DNA of 64,000 bases from Candidatus Harrisonbacteria bacterium (GCA_016214655.1 JACROC010000005.1:131078-195077); one strand, 5' to 3'; shown: positions 18,265-28,712, numbered from the stretch's first letter. Notes: generated from the letters alone by a model not told the origin. Program-made: numbers and translations.

Positions 18265-19479
18265 CTATTCTTGCGCCTGATATTTTACCAAATAAACAAC
18301 TCCCGCTTTATCGTCGGAGATATAGATTTTTCCTCCGGGTTGGACTAAAATATCCACCGGCCGGCCGACTGCTGTCCCATCCGGGCGCAACCAGCCGGTA
18401 ATAAAATCTTCTTCGCCAAAATAAGCTTCCTGATTATCAAATTTATAACGCACAATCTTATAACCAGTCGGGACGCTGCGATTCCAAGATCCATGGTAAG
18501 CAACCAATAAATTGTGCCAATATTGCTGAGACCACCCCTCTTCTGGAATAAAAGCCAACCCCAATGGCGCCGAGTGCGCCGGAATATCTATATAAGATGC
18601 CGCCTCAAACGGCTCTGTACACGGGTTCCTAATATATACATTCCTATCAAACTCCGCGTCATGAACGTTTTTCCCGTAACAAATTGGCCAGCCGTAATTT
18701 TTCCCCTTTTCAATAATATTAATTTCATCCGGCGGCAAATCATCTCCCAATAGATCGCGTCCCATATCAGTTGCCCAAACCTTTCCGCTAACAGGATGCA
18801 AGGCCATAAATACCGAATTTCTGAGACCGGCCGCAAACCCCTTTAAATTGCCCCCATCCGCATCTGCAACCAAAATTTTTGCCCGCCGCCAATCACTTTC
18901 ATTGCACACATTACAGCCGGAACCGACAGAAATCAAAAGCTTATCATCGTTTGGCGGCGGTAAAAACATCAAAGTTCTGGTTACATGATTCCCGCCGCCC
19001 GGCAAATCGATAATTTTCCTTTTATTAATTGCTTTTAAGTCTTTATCATCGTAGTCATAAATTGCCACTTGGTCAGTTTCAGCGATATACAGCTTGCATT
19101 TTTCAGCGCATTTAAAAGCAAGCCCGTGCGGACGATTTAAATTTTCTATAACCGTTACAGCTTCATCCGCCAATCCATCTCTATTTTTATCAGGCAAAGC
19201 TACTACTTTCCCGGCCGAAGGAATGCTAACTAATAAATTTCCCCCTGGATCCCAAGCCATAACTCGCGGAGATTCCAAGTTTTGCGCAAAAACGGAAATA
19301 GAAAATCCGGGCGGCAATTGCAATGGCATACCGGTAGTATTAATAATTTTTGAAATATCCTCCGCCGGCTTATTAATAGCCGGGCCGATGCCGCGCAAAT
19401 TGCGCCAATAAAATATCCCAATCCAGACAACTAAAAACAATAAAATTATTCCAATTGCAATAAGAGAAAATCTTTTCAT
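18265..19479 (-). CDS. PQQ-dependent sugar (glucose/sorbosone) dehydrogenase family beta-propeller protein, membrane-anchored.
   Basis: KNYGWP motif and propeller-like repeats after an N-terminal TM helix. Confidence 0.7.
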   Translation of the reverse strand: MKRFSLIAIGIILLFLVVWIGIFYWRNLRGIGPAINKPAEDISKIINTTGMPLQLPPGFSISVFAQNLESPRVMAWDPGGNLLVSIPSAGKVVALPDKNRDGLADEAVTVIENLNRPHGLAFKCAEKCKLYIAETDQVAIYDYDDKDLKAINKRKIIDLPGGGNHVTRTLMFLPPPNDDKLLISVGSGCNVCNESDWRRAKILVADADGGNLKGFAAGLRNSVFMALHPVSGKVWATDMGRDLLGDDLPPDEINIIEKGKNYGWPICYGKNVHDAEFDRNVYIRNPCTEPFEAASYIDIPAHSAPLGLAFIPEEGWSQQYWHNLLVAYHGSWNRSVPTGYKIVRYKFDNQEAYFGEEDFITGWLRPDGTAVGRPVDILVQPGGKIYISDDKAGVVYLVKYQAQE

Positions 19480-19482
19480 GAT

Positions 19483-20082
19483 TTAACTTAGGTATTCATA
19501 AAACTCCGGCCAAGAATGAATTTTTTTATAAAAGTCTGTTTCCGGGAAAACCCGGTGGCGGTCAAATAAAAATCTATGCCTCACATCTGCCAATTTTTCC
19601 AATACCCGCCTTTCATCGTCTATATAATGAGTTACCCCGAATTCAGCGGCCTTAATATTTTTGTCTTCCGGCTCAACTACAAAAAAAGTATTTTTATCAT
19701 TGAAATATTCAGGCCATAAACCACGCTTTTCCAAAAGCTTCAGCGCTTGAACGGTGCTTTTTCTCCTGGAAATCAGCAGATAATCAATCTTATTTTTTTG
19801 GAAATTATTAAGCATGGATTTTGCGCCCCGCATTAAAGGAGACAAAAGCGATAATTTCGGATCTGAATATAACAAATGCTGCAATTCCCGCCAGCGCCCT
19901 TCAGGCAAAATCTTATTCATTACCTCGGTTGGAGTGTCTTTTGGCAACAAATTAAAACCCAATCTTTTCGCCAAACGGATTTTTAAATCAGTATGGTCAA
20001 CTAATACCCCATCCAAATCAAGCCCAATAACCATATTGATATTCCTCTTTGACATAAATGAATTTTGCCTTAATATTAACAA
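19483..20082 (-). CDS. HAD-superfamily 5'(3')-deoxyribonucleotidase-like hydrolase.
   Basis: N-terminal VIGLDLDGVLVD HAD motif I. Confidence 0.5.
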   Translation of the reverse strand: MLILRQNSFMSKRNINMVIGLDLDGVLVDHTDLKIRLAKRLGFNLLPKDTPTEVMNKILPEGRWRELQHLLYSDPKLSLLSPLMRGAKSMLNNFQKNKIDYLLISRRKSTVQALKLLEKRGLWPEYFNDKNTFFVVEPEDKNIKAAEFGVTHYIDDERRVLEKLADVRHRFLFDRHRVFPETDFYKKIHSWPEFYEYLS

Positions 20083-20110
20083 TAAATCAGCACCTTAACA
20101 AAACGGAAAT

Positions 20111-20830
20111 ATGGAGAGAGAAGCTGCCTTTGAAGAAAAGGCCAAGAGAATACTCGCATATCTGAAAACCGATCTCCGCTATGACGAAAAATTCCTGCCT
20201 CGGCCGTTTTTCCTGGAATTCACAGGGTCTCCTTCGGCCGGAAAAACCACTACCATTACCGAACTAGATAAATTTTTCCGGCGGCAAGGTTTCCGCGTGC
20301 TACGACCACAGGAAGGCGCTGAAGTTATCCGTCACATTTCCAGAACCACTCCGCTTTATAATATACGGACCGGCTTATATGCTCTGGAACTCTTAATTGA
20401 CCTGTCCAGCAGCCACCAGTATGACATTGTCATTTTCGACCGCGGAATATTCGATGTTTATTGCTGGATGATGTACTGGGAAGAAAAATTAAGGCTAGCT
20501 GGAAATCAAAAAAAATTAATCCAGTCATTTTTTCTGTCCCAGTTCTGGGTGGATAAAATCGATGTCGCCTATTTCATGATCGCCGATCCGAAAATCGCAA
20601 TGGAGCGCGAACTCCGCATTGCGCTTTCTAGCAAGCTAGGAGAAACCACCAATCCCAAAACTATTCAAACTCTGGTAGAAAGATACCGAATTGCCTATGA
20701 ACAGCTTTCGCCCCAATATCCTCAGCTCCACCTTCTGAATACCACCGAGATATCGGAACAAGAAATGATAGAACGGGTTGCTATCAATGTTTTGAATATC
20801 CTGGAACAAAAAGCAAAAAACAGCCGCTAG
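20111..20830 (+). CDS. P-loop NTPase, deoxynucleoside/nucleotide kinase-like.
   Basis: GSPSAGKTT Walker A and the DRG hydrophobic motif. Confidence 0.5.
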   Translation: MEREAAFEEKAKRILAYLKTDLRYDEKFLPRPFFLEFTGSPSAGKTTTITELDKFFRRQGFRVLRPQEGAEVIRHISRTTPLYNIRTGLYALELLIDLSSSHQYDIVIFDRGIFDVYCWMMYWEEKLRLAGNQKKLIQSFFLSQFWVDKIDVAYFMIADPKIAMERELRIALSSKLGETTNPKTIQTLVERYRIAYEQLSPQYPQLHLLNTTEISEQEMIERVAINVLNILEQKAKNSR

Positions 20831-20842
20831 GCTGTTTTTTAA
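20817..20842. terminator. Rho-independent terminator (AACAGCCGCTAGGCTGTTTTTT).
   Basis: Hairpin plus T-run immediately after the kinase gene stop. Confidence 0.5.
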
Positions 20843-20844
20843 AT

Positions 20845-21027
20845 CTATCTGGACTCTCGCCACAAGCCCCAGCCAAGAACCGCCGCCGCTAAAAAAGCGG
20901 CTGCGCTGGCCCAAAGCGGAATTTCCACGCCGCCGATTACCGCCTCCCAGCCATAAACTAAGCGCAGTCCATGTAATAAAGCGATAATTCCAAAAATAAC
21001 GGCAGTTAATTTTAAAAATGTTCTCAT
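20845..21027 (-). CDS. Small two-TM membrane protein.
   Basis: 60-aa hydrophobic ORF. Confidence 0.25.
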   Translation of the reverse strand: MRTFLKLTAVIFGIIALLHGLRLVYGWEAVIGGVEIPLWASAAAFLAAAVLGWGLWRESR

Positions 21028-21105
21028 AATATATTAATTAGAAATCAATTTTCCGGCCTTTATTTAATTTTAACACTAATTTCTCTAATCCTGTTATTAA
21101 TATAA

Positions 21106-21948
21106 TCAAGACAGAATCACAAAAAGATAAGAAAGCAGGGCAGCCAAAAAATATAATAACAAACCGGCTGACCAGCGGGATGGAATAAAATTCTTAGCCA
21201 GGATATACAATGCGACAGTACTCATGGCAAAAGGTATAAAACCTATATAGCCGTAAACCGGCATCTCAAAAATATGCGGCGCATCCGGAAGAATAATATA
21301 TTGCCATTTCCCGCCAGCCCAATAATTTAAAAATTCCCAAAGAAAACCGCCGGTTAATCCGGTAGCTACCGCCAGCCACCAAAAATCTTTGTTGATAGAT
21401 TCCCTTGGGCCGCTGACAAACGGCAACAGCATAAAAAGAGGCCCTAACCACATCAGCTGATTCAAATAAAAATTGTTGCTGAAAAGCGGCAGAACTAAAA
21501 AAATCCATCCGATGGACATAAAGACAACCGGATATCTTTTTATTAAACTCAAATTTTTCTCGGAAAACGGCAACCGTTCCACCGGACCGTTTAAAAACCA
21601 AAGAATCTCTACGATAATCGGTATCACTGTTCCAAATGATAAAATCGAAAGCGGAACCCGGATCCAAATTCCGGAAATTATCCCCGCATAACCCCATTGC
21701 GGATATACAACATTGACTAATTCATAATAAAGCCAAAAAAGCGTGGATAACGGTAAAAGAATTAAAAAGAATTTTTTTGTTTGATTATGAATAATAGATT
21801 GCTTCCACTTCCAGAAATTAAGCGCATCAATAATAAAAATAATCCCCCACCAAAGGATGGGGTACACTACCGCCGAAATCACGCCGAAAGAAAATAACAA
21901 AACTGCAACGCCAAAAGTAACTAGAATCAAACCGGCTAGAAATTCCAT
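21106..21948 (-). CDS. Polytopic integral membrane protein (hypothetical).
   Basis: 280 aa with about 8 TM helices. Confidence 0.4.
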   Translation of the reverse strand: MEFLAGLILVTFGVAVLLFSFGVISAVVYPILWWGIIFIIDALNFWKWKQSIIHNQTKKFFLILLPLSTLFWLYYELVNVVYPQWGYAGIISGIWIRVPLSILSFGTVIPIIVEILWFLNGPVERLPFSEKNLSLIKRYPVVFMSIGWIFLVLPLFSNNFYLNQLMWLGPLFMLLPFVSGPRESINKDFWWLAVATGLTGGFLWEFLNYWAGGKWQYIILPDAPHIFEMPVYGYIGFIPFAMSTVALYILAKNFIPSRWSAGLLLYFLAALLSYLFVILS

Positions 21949-21958
21949 CTTAATTTAA

Positions 21959-23347
21959 TTATACCCCAAATTTATTTTTATCTTCCCGGTTATAAAGCAA
22001 AGCCCAATCCTGCGAAGCATTTCGCAAAAAATCGCCTAATTTTAAGCTGGACGGCTTTTCAAAATCTTCTTTACTGATAGTATGTAATTCAATGTTACGG
22101 AAAGGATAAGATGAAGAAGGGCCTAAATAACTGCCAATCGCATCATGAATTAACTTTTCCTCCTGGCCATGCGGACCTTTTAAAAACCCATTTAAAGATT
22201 GCAATAAATCCCATCTAGTTTCTACCACTGCCAAAATATCAATATCCGATTGCAATTGCTTATAGCCGCGCGGGATACTCCCATAAAAATAAACTTTAAC
22301 CAGACTCCGGCCAAAAGAAGATTTTAACTTTTCCAGGATGGAATGCAAATCTTTATCCACCTCCGGATCCACCAATATTTCTGAACCTAAATTTATATCT
22401 TCTTGTCTTTGGATTTTCACTCCGCCAGCCCACCTGGTTGGCCGGCCGCTGGCCAAATCTTCCATCACCCTCCTTTCATTAAGCTTTTGCGGTAATTGTA
22501 AAACCACCTTCCCGTCCGCCAGCGATAATTCTTTCGGGACCTCTTCAGCTGGCGCCTGCTCCAAGACTTTCAGTAGCGACTCCGGATTCTCCCGTAAAAT
22601 TTCTTCAAAGATGGGGAGATTCTCCAGTAAAATTGTCCTGCTGATAATTCTTAATAAATTGCCGTCCTGATATTCACCGGCAACAAAAATCGTCTCATTA
22701 TTTCTATCGCGCGACTGGACTTTAATAAAAGAAACTAATCTGGAAGGATCTTTTTTAGAGACTACAATGCCATGCGTGACATAATCAATAGATTTTTCTC
22801 CAAACTCCGGCTGGGCATCTTCCCGGAAAACAGTCTCAATAATCGGATCTTTCTGGCCAACATTTAAATAGTTATATTGCTTATGTTCTTCTCCTTTGAG
22901 ATTAGATCCGGTTACAATCCGCGAAAGCCACACTTCCCGCTTCTCCTTAACTAAATCCGAAAACTGGGACTTCTGCCTAATCTGAAGATTTTTAACATCA
23001 AAGCCCGCATCGAATTCGGGCGGATTTCCTTCAGCCGCTCCCAGAAAAGAAAAAAATAAGTGCGGGGAATCGCCGCGATTGCTCTTAATAATCACGTATT
23101 CCCTTTGGGAAAGCGGGTTAATAAAAGACTTGCGATTAACTTTTCTGCCCACATACTGATACGGATGCCTTTCGGAACCTGTCTCCTGGGCCATTTCTGC
23201 CCTGGTAACCAATTGACGGGCTGGCAAAGCTTCATAAGGAATTTTAAAATCAGTGCCAGCTAAAACTTCCGGCATTAATTTTTTATTAAGCTTTTCCCAA
23301 AGATTCTCTTCGGGTGATTCTTTTATTAAAGTTTCTTCTTTAAACAT
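21959..23347 (-). CDS. Protein with a C-terminal Pol-beta-type nucleotidyltransferase (minimal NTase) domain.
   Basis: GSIPRGYKQLQSDIDILAVVE matches the GS...D.D NTase signature. The N-terminal 300 aa are unassigned. Confidence 0.5.
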   Translation of the reverse strand: MFKEETLIKESPEENLWEKLNKKLMPEVLAGTDFKIPYEALPARQLVTRAEMAQETGSERHPYQYVGRKVNRKSFINPLSQREYVIIKSNRGDSPHLFFSFLGAAEGNPPEFDAGFDVKNLQIRQKSQFSDLVKEKREVWLSRIVTGSNLKGEEHKQYNYLNVGQKDPIIETVFREDAQPEFGEKSIDYVTHGIVVSKKDPSRLVSFIKVQSRDRNNETIFVAGEYQDGNLLRIISRTILLENLPIFEEILRENPESLLKVLEQAPAEEVPKELSLADGKVVLQLPQKLNERRVMEDLASGRPTRWAGGVKIQRQEDINLGSEILVDPEVDKDLHSILEKLKSSFGRSLVKVYFYGSIPRGYKQLQSDIDILAVVETRWDLLQSLNGFLKGPHGQEEKLIHDAIGSYLGPSSSYPFRNIELHTISKEDFEKPSSLKLGDFLRNASQDWALLYNREDKNKFGV

Positions 23348-23350
23348 AAA

Positions 23351-26300
23351 TTAGCCGGCCGTTAATTTACGGAATATGGCTAAAATATCATCTCGCCTTT
23401 GCGATAGGGCTTTTTTTAAATAACCGGCCTCACCGCCCGCTTGTATTGCTTTAGAATAAGTATTAATAGCGGCCTCAGTTCTTATCCTGTCAGCGCCGGA
23501 CAAATCAGGCAGATCATTTTTTAAATCCCCGATTCTTTCCTGCAATGCCTTGATAGACCCTTCACCGTCCAAAAAACCCGCTTCGTCAATTACTGAATGA
23601 ATAAACGCGTCATCGATTTCCTCAAAACGCTTTAATATATTCTCTAATAACAATTTATTTTTTACAGTCACCTGGCCGTTTTTAATCTCAATTAAACTAT
23701 AGTATGCCTCGTTAACCGGTTTGCCCGCAAATTGCGGATTCGCTAAAATCTCTTCCAGCTGCTTAATGGTGAAATGCTCATCAAAGCCCTTATGTCCGCC
23801 CCGCGCCCGGGAAAAAAGACTGGCGCCATTATCAATAAAAGCTACTCCGCCATCCTTAGAAAATAGCAGGTTCCAGGGAGTCCGGTCGTATTGTCCAAGC
23901 AAGGCATCCACCAGCAGCCCCGCTTGAATTTTAGGATTGTTATGATGCTCTTCGGGCAAAGTAATCCCGCCCTCTCTCCAGCCTTCTAAAAATTCCATTT
24001 TTAATTTTAACTTTCTCTCTAAAGAAATCAATTCGGTTTTGGGAACCCTTATTCCAACTCGCTCCAAAAACCTCTGGCCGACAAAATCTGCCCGCACTGT
24101 ATGTTCCGGCCCGCCTTTTAAGAGAAATTTCCTTTTCTGGACATCCTCCCAAACTTGAATCATGTGCGTTCCGATATAATTGCCCCTCAACTCCTGAATA
24201 AAATGAAGGCCCTTAATCGGATTTTCCCGGTCATACTTAATCCGCATTTCCGGATTCAAACGCGGCGCAAAATTCCGAAAAGAAGAATGTTCCGCGGTCC
24301 AGGCTTTTAATTGCTCGTTAACTGCCCTGGGTTTTAATTCCGGCTGCAACTTCCCTTTTTCATCCAGTACTAACATTCTAGGCTTATCAATTGCTTTTGG
24401 CCGGTTCTCAAAACGTTCGATTGAATGAACTTGCTCACTGCTACCGCGTCGTTTTCTTGAGAGTTCTTTTCTCCCCATCATGGCGGAAGAAAATAATTTA
24501 ATTTTTTCATCAATAGCCTCGCGCGATAAAGATACTCCACCGGCTTCTGCCAATGATTTAATTGCGATTTCCGGCACCGATCCCCGAAAACCGGAATCCA
24601 CAAAGGTAAATTCCAAGGTCACGCCGTTTTGCTTTAAATATTCCGCGATAATTTTCATCTCTTGAATATCCTCGCGAGCCCTCTCTTTCATCGGACTGGT
24701 AATAACAACATACTTAATCTTTTTAGTTTTTAATCCCAATTCGCCGGCTTTAAGCGCGGTAAAAAAATAACGGCCGTCTCTTCCAAAAATAGCCAGCCGA
24801 TCCGCTCCAAAATTCTCCAGTTTTTCTTTGGCTTCCCAATAAAGCGGCACGTCTTCTTCTTCCAAAGTTTGGTATAAATTTAAATTTACCTGATATTGCC
24901 TGGCAATTTCCTGTAATCTTGCAAATGACGGTCCGGTAATCGGCAAAATATTTTCTCTTTCCCGCGAAAGCTGCAGATCGGTAAGATTATGAGAAAGATC
25001 ATTGGCAAGATACCAGCGGATTTTTTCTGCCAATAATTGCCGGAAGTCCGGTATTTGCCGGCTTTTTTCCAGAGATGGGTGATAAAGCATAAATGCCTTA
25101 GCGCTTTCCGGAAGCTTTGGCTCTTCCGCTATTCCCTTTTCCGAAATCTGGCCCTGCAATTCGCTTAACTGCCGGAAAAGCCCGATCATAAAACCGATTT
25201 CTTTCGGATCGGCAAGTTTTTCCGCCGAAACGCTTAAAAATTCTTTTAAGAATCCGATTTCAGCCACTGCGTCATTCGGACGATTTTCTAAATTCGCCAA
25301 ACTTAAAGCTCTGGCAAAAGCCAGCGCGGCCATACGATAGCCATCTTCAGAACTAATTTGTTCCGGAAGCTTAGTTTCCGCAAATTCTTTAGAAATGATT
25401 CCTGAAAGAAAATTTAAATAATCTTCCTGCTTCTCCTTGCCAGCGGCAGAAACCGTTGCCAAAAGCCCGGCTAAATAGGTATCACGATTTACCTCCGCCC
25501 CCTGTTCCGCCCTGGAAGTAAAACGGCCGTAAAAATTAAGAAATTTTCCTCTTTCCCATTCGCGTGACCGGGCGGCAAGGCCAAAACTAGATTCGGAAAA
25601 ACCAGTTGGCTCTTCTTTTTCCGGCATCCCTTGAATAACATCTCCGTGATAAATCTGCTCCGGTTCCAATTCCTGCCCCCAACTCCAATCGCTCTGTTCT
25701 ACAGACTTTTTCGGCTCTCCGGCCGCCACTGCTTTTTTATACTCTTCCTCTAAATTCTTTAATCTTTGCGCCTCTGCTTTTTCATTAAATTCATCAAATA
25801 CTAATTTGAGGGGGGCGTAATATGATTGTTCGCTAAATAAAGCCGCTTTTCTTTTTTCAAACCATCCGGAAAAAGTCTGATCTTCGTTAGCCAGCGTTTC
25901 TAAAATTTCTTTAGCCCCGTCTCCGAGAACTGACTTTAAGGCGCGGGCGGCTTCTCCTAAATCGCCGTCTAAAAATACTTTTCGTTTATATTCTTCCGAA
26001 GTGGCATTTTTTATAAAGCGGGTAATCGCTTCAGTGACAGCCGGATCTTTTTGGCTCGCAAAAAATTCTAAAATAACGTGCTGAGCGCTTCCATCCGCAC
26101 CAGCCCAGACAGTCTTATGATTCAATAATCCTCCAAGGGTAACCGGCGCATTTTTATATCCTAAAGATTTATAAATCCTAATATGTTCACACAGACTATA
26201 ATAACTAGCTTCACTGCCCTGGTCAGCGATTTTTTTAATTTTATCTTCAAAAAATGTTTCAAAAGCCGCTCCGCTTTTTTTCATTTCAAACCATAACCTT

Positions 26301-26536
26301 CGCGCCTCCAAAAGCTTTCCCGCGCCATATATATTGGAATGGCTCCAACTAGCCAAAAAACTATCAAAATTGCTTTGCTTCTCCAACTTTACCGATACAG
26401 GATAATGAAGAGAGTCGGCTACTAAAAATTCAAATTTTCCGATTTCTTCTGGAGACAATATCCCGGCTTCCAGTTTCTGCTTTTCAGATTTTTCTTTCTT
26501 GCCCGCTCTTTCTAAATTAAACGATCTGGTAGTCAT
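23351..26536 (-). CDS. Large (1061 aa) protein with a C-terminal protein-kinase-like (PKL/APH-type) catalytic domain.
   Basis: The C-terminal region has a catalytic-loop-like D-R-T-P-W-N-L-L (compare DLKPENLL) and a DFG-like IDNG, with an upstream KFLLKGG Lys candidate. Confidence 0.45.
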   Translation of the reverse strand: MTTRSFNLERAGKKEKSEKQKLEAGILSPEEIGKFEFLVADSLHYPVSVKLEKQSNFDSFLASWSHSNIYGAGKLLEARRLWFEMKKSGAAFETFFEDKIKKIADQGSEASYYSLCEHIRIYKSLGYKNAPVTLGGLLNHKTVWAGADGSAQHVILEFFASQKDPAVTEAITRFIKNATSEEYKRKVFLDGDLGEAARALKSVLGDGAKEILETLANEDQTFSGWFEKRKAALFSEQSYYAPLKLVFDEFNEKAEAQRLKNLEEEYKKAVAAGEPKKSVEQSDWSWGQELEPEQIYHGDVIQGMPEKEEPTGFSESSFGLAARSREWERGKFLNFYGRFTSRAEQGAEVNRDTYLAGLLATVSAAGKEKQEDYLNFLSGIISKEFAETKLPEQISSEDGYRMAALAFARALSLANLENRPNDAVAEIGFLKEFLSVSAEKLADPKEIGFMIGLFRQLSELQGQISEKGIAEEPKLPESAKAFMLYHPSLEKSRQIPDFRQLLAEKIRWYLANDLSHNLTDLQLSRERENILPITGPSFARLQEIARQYQVNLNLYQTLEEEDVPLYWEAKEKLENFGADRLAIFGRDGRYFFTALKAGELGLKTKKIKYVVITSPMKERAREDIQEMKIIAEYLKQNGVTLEFTFVDSGFRGSVPEIAIKSLAEAGGVSLSREAIDEKIKLFSSAMMGRKELSRKRRGSSEQVHSIERFENRPKAIDKPRMLVLDEKGKLQPELKPRAVNEQLKAWTAEHSSFRNFAPRLNPEMRIKYDRENPIKGLHFIQELRGNYIGTHMIQVWEDVQKRKFLLKGGPEHTVRADFVGQRFLERVGIRVPKTELISLERKLKLKMEFLEGWREGGITLPEEHHNNPKIQAGLLVDALLGQYDRTPWNLLFSKDGGVAFIDNGASLFSRARGGHKGFDEHFTIKQLEEILANPQFAGKPVNEAYYSLIEIKNGQVTVKNKLLLENILKRFEEIDDAFIHSVIDEAGFLDGEGSIKALQERIGDLKNDLPDLSGADRIRTEAAINTYSKAIQAGGEAGYLKKALSQRRDDILAIFRKLTAG

Positions 26537-26580
26537 TTTTTTATGATAATACCATAAATTTTATTAATTGGCAAATTTAT

Positions 26581-26901
26581 TTAGCTGATTTTAGTTCCGG
26601 GCAACACTTCTTTGTCCGGCATAAGTATAACCGGACCGCCTTCATCACTTGCCGCCAAAAGCATCCCCTGGCTTTCCAATCCCATCAGCATTCTTGATTC
26701 AAGATTGGCAACGATCACTATTTCCCTGCCAAGCAAAGATTCCGGTTCATAAACCCTGCCTACGCCGGCAATAATCTGCCTTTTTTCCTCGCCTAAATCA
26801 ACCTGCAATTTTAACAACTTATCCGAACCCTCAACCTGTTCTGCCCCCAATATTTTTGCCACCCTTAACTCTACTTTTTGAAAGTCTTCAAAATTAATCA
26901 T
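26581..26901 (-). CDS. csaA: tRNA-binding domain protein (CsaA/Trbp111, EMAP/Myf-like).
   Basis: KVELRVAKIL...SDKLLKLQVDLGEE...VANL pattern of the OB-fold tRNA-binding domain. Confidence 0.75.
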   Translation of the reverse strand: MINFEDFQKVELRVAKILGAEQVEGSDKLLKLQVDLGEEKRQIIAGVGRVYEPESLLGREIVIVANLESRMLMGLESQGMLLAASDEGGPVILMPDKEVLPGTKIS

Positions 26902-27262
26902 TATTAATTTTATAACAAAAAATTTGCCTTAATTCAAAAGTTAGAAAACTATATTCGCCTAACAAAAAACTTAATACGCATTAAAATTCATACCCTGTCA
27001 ATTAAACAAATTTGCTTTATAAGATAGTCAGCACTCCAAACTCAAATTAAGAGCAGGTCATGAAGCGCCTCTCCGGACTGAAAATAGCTTCATTCGGACC
27101 GACCGCAGAAGATAAACTGGAATTATAAAGCCCTTCGAGGCTTTTTATTTATGTCCTTAGATTATTAAGGCCTATTGCCAAAAATAATATACTGGCATAT
27201 AGTAATATGCTTGCTCGGGTAATACGGGCAAGCGTACGTTGACAAAACAAGGAGGCAACAAA

Positions 27263-28336
27263 ATGACGGAAAAGGAAAATATTGAGGTAGTTTTCTCATT
27301 TGATACCACCGGTTCAATGTATCCCTGCCTTAGCCAAGTAAGACAAAGAGTTGAATGGGCGGTCAGAAAACTTTTCAGCGAAGTTCCGAATATCCGTATC
27401 GGAATTATCGCCCATGGAGATTACTGCGATAAAAACAGCACATATGTCGTTAAAAAGCACAATCTTTCCAGAGATGCGGAAAGCCTTTGCAGATTTGTAA
27501 GAAACGTTGAGCCGACCGGTGGCGGCGACGCCCCCGAATGTTATGAGCTGGTGCTTCACGAAGCGCGGTCGCTTGACTGGACTCACGGTAAATCTAAAGT
27601 CGTAGTACTGATTGGCGACGATGTGCCCCATGGCCCGAATGAAGCCCAAAATTATAAAAAACTGGATTGGCGGAACGAAATCAATTTGCTCCTGGAAATG
27701 GGAGTAAATGTTTATGGCGTCCAAGCGCTTAACCGCTCTCATGCTACCCAATTCTATCGGGAAATCGCCCATAAAACTGGCGGCTATCATCTTACTCTTG
27801 ACCAATTTGCCAGCGTGACGGATATGCTTCTTGCGATCTGCTATAAGCAGGCCGGATCCGCGCAACTACAGGCATGGGAAAGCGAAGTTGAAAAAAGCGG
27901 CCGTATGAACCGCAATCTGGACAGCGTCTTTGCAACCCTCTCTGGACGAAAAGCCAAAACCCGCTATGCAAGAGCAAGAGACTTGGAAGCTGTGCCGCCT
28001 GGGCGATTTCAGGTCATGACCGTTGATGAAGACCAGGTTATTCGCGACCTCGTGGAAGATAATGGACTTCTTTTCCAAAAAGGACGAGGATTCTATGAAC
28101 TCACTAAGGCCGAAACAATCCAAGGATACAAAGAAGTTGTTCTTATGGATAACGCGACTGGCGATTTATACACCGGCGCCAAAGCGCGCCAAATGCTAAG
28201 TTTACCCGAAGGCGAGACGGCCAAAATAAGGCCAGTAGTGCCGGATGGATTCACTGCCTTTGTACAAAGCACTTCATATAATCGCCGGTTGGTCGGTGGA
28301 ACCAGATTCCTATACGAAGTTGATCTATCAAGATAG
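27263..28336 (+). CDS. Cytoplasmic von Willebrand factor type A (vWA) domain protein with an intact MIDAS motif. The ATG at 27263 is preferred over the TTG at 27239 because GGAGG lies 7 nt upstream.
   Basis: DTTGSM (DxSxS) MIDAS motif with downstream T and D residues. No signal peptide. Confidence 0.65.
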   Translation: MTEKENIEVVFSFDTTGSMYPCLSQVRQRVEWAVRKLFSEVPNIRIGIIAHGDYCDKNSTYVVKKHNLSRDAESLCRFVRNVEPTGGGDAPECYELVLHEARSLDWTHGKSKVVVLIGDDVPHGPNEAQNYKKLDWRNEINLLLEMGVNVYGVQALNRSHATQFYREIAHKTGGYHLTLDQFASVTDMLLAICYKQAGSAQLQAWESEVEKSGRMNRNLDSVFATLSGRKAKTRYARARDLEAVPPGRFQVMTVDEDQVIRDLVEDNGLLFQKGRGFYELTKAETIQGYKEVVLMDNATGDLYTGAKARQMLSLPEGETAKIRPVVPDGFTAFVQSTSYNRRLVGGTRFLYEVDLSR

Positions 28337-28364
28337 AAAAATATTAGCTCGACTCTGTGTCGGG

Positions 28365-28712
28365 CTATTTTAATTCCATCGCAATCAAGCCGGACTTTCT
28401 AATTTTTTCTTTATAGTCCGGGAAGGTGTAATACATTTTTTCTAATTCTTCCCCCGATCTTACATTCGGATTTATTTGCTTGGCTTTGTATTTTTTAAGA
28501 AGCGCAGTAATAGTCTTAAAAACTTTGACTCTCTTAATTTTCTTTTCCAGTTTATTTTTACCGCAAATTAGTATCAGCGTATCCCCCACTTTTATATTTT
28601 TGTATCTTTCGGTCGCGGCCCGGGTTTCCACAGTCTTTCGTCCGCTTTTAACCGCCTCAAAAATATCCCTATCCACTTCACGAAATTTTAATTTTATTTT
28701 TTTATATTCCAT
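28365..28712 (-). CDS. ASCH (ASC-1 homology, PUA-like) domain protein.
   Basis: KIKLKFREVDRDIFEAVKSGRKTVETR...YKNIKVGDTL, typical of ASCH. Confidence 0.5.
   Translation of the reverse strand: MEYKKIKLKFREVDRDIFEAVKSGRKTVETRAATERYKNIKVGDTLILICGKNKLEKKIKRVKVFKTITALLKKYKAKQINPNVRSGEELEKMYYTFPDYKEKIRKSGLIAMELK

Noticed and set aside
27239-27262. TTG start extending the vWA gene by 8 codons (MTKQGGNK).
   Set aside because: The ATG at 27263 has a well-spaced GGAGG. The TTG start would place the RBS inside the coding sequence.
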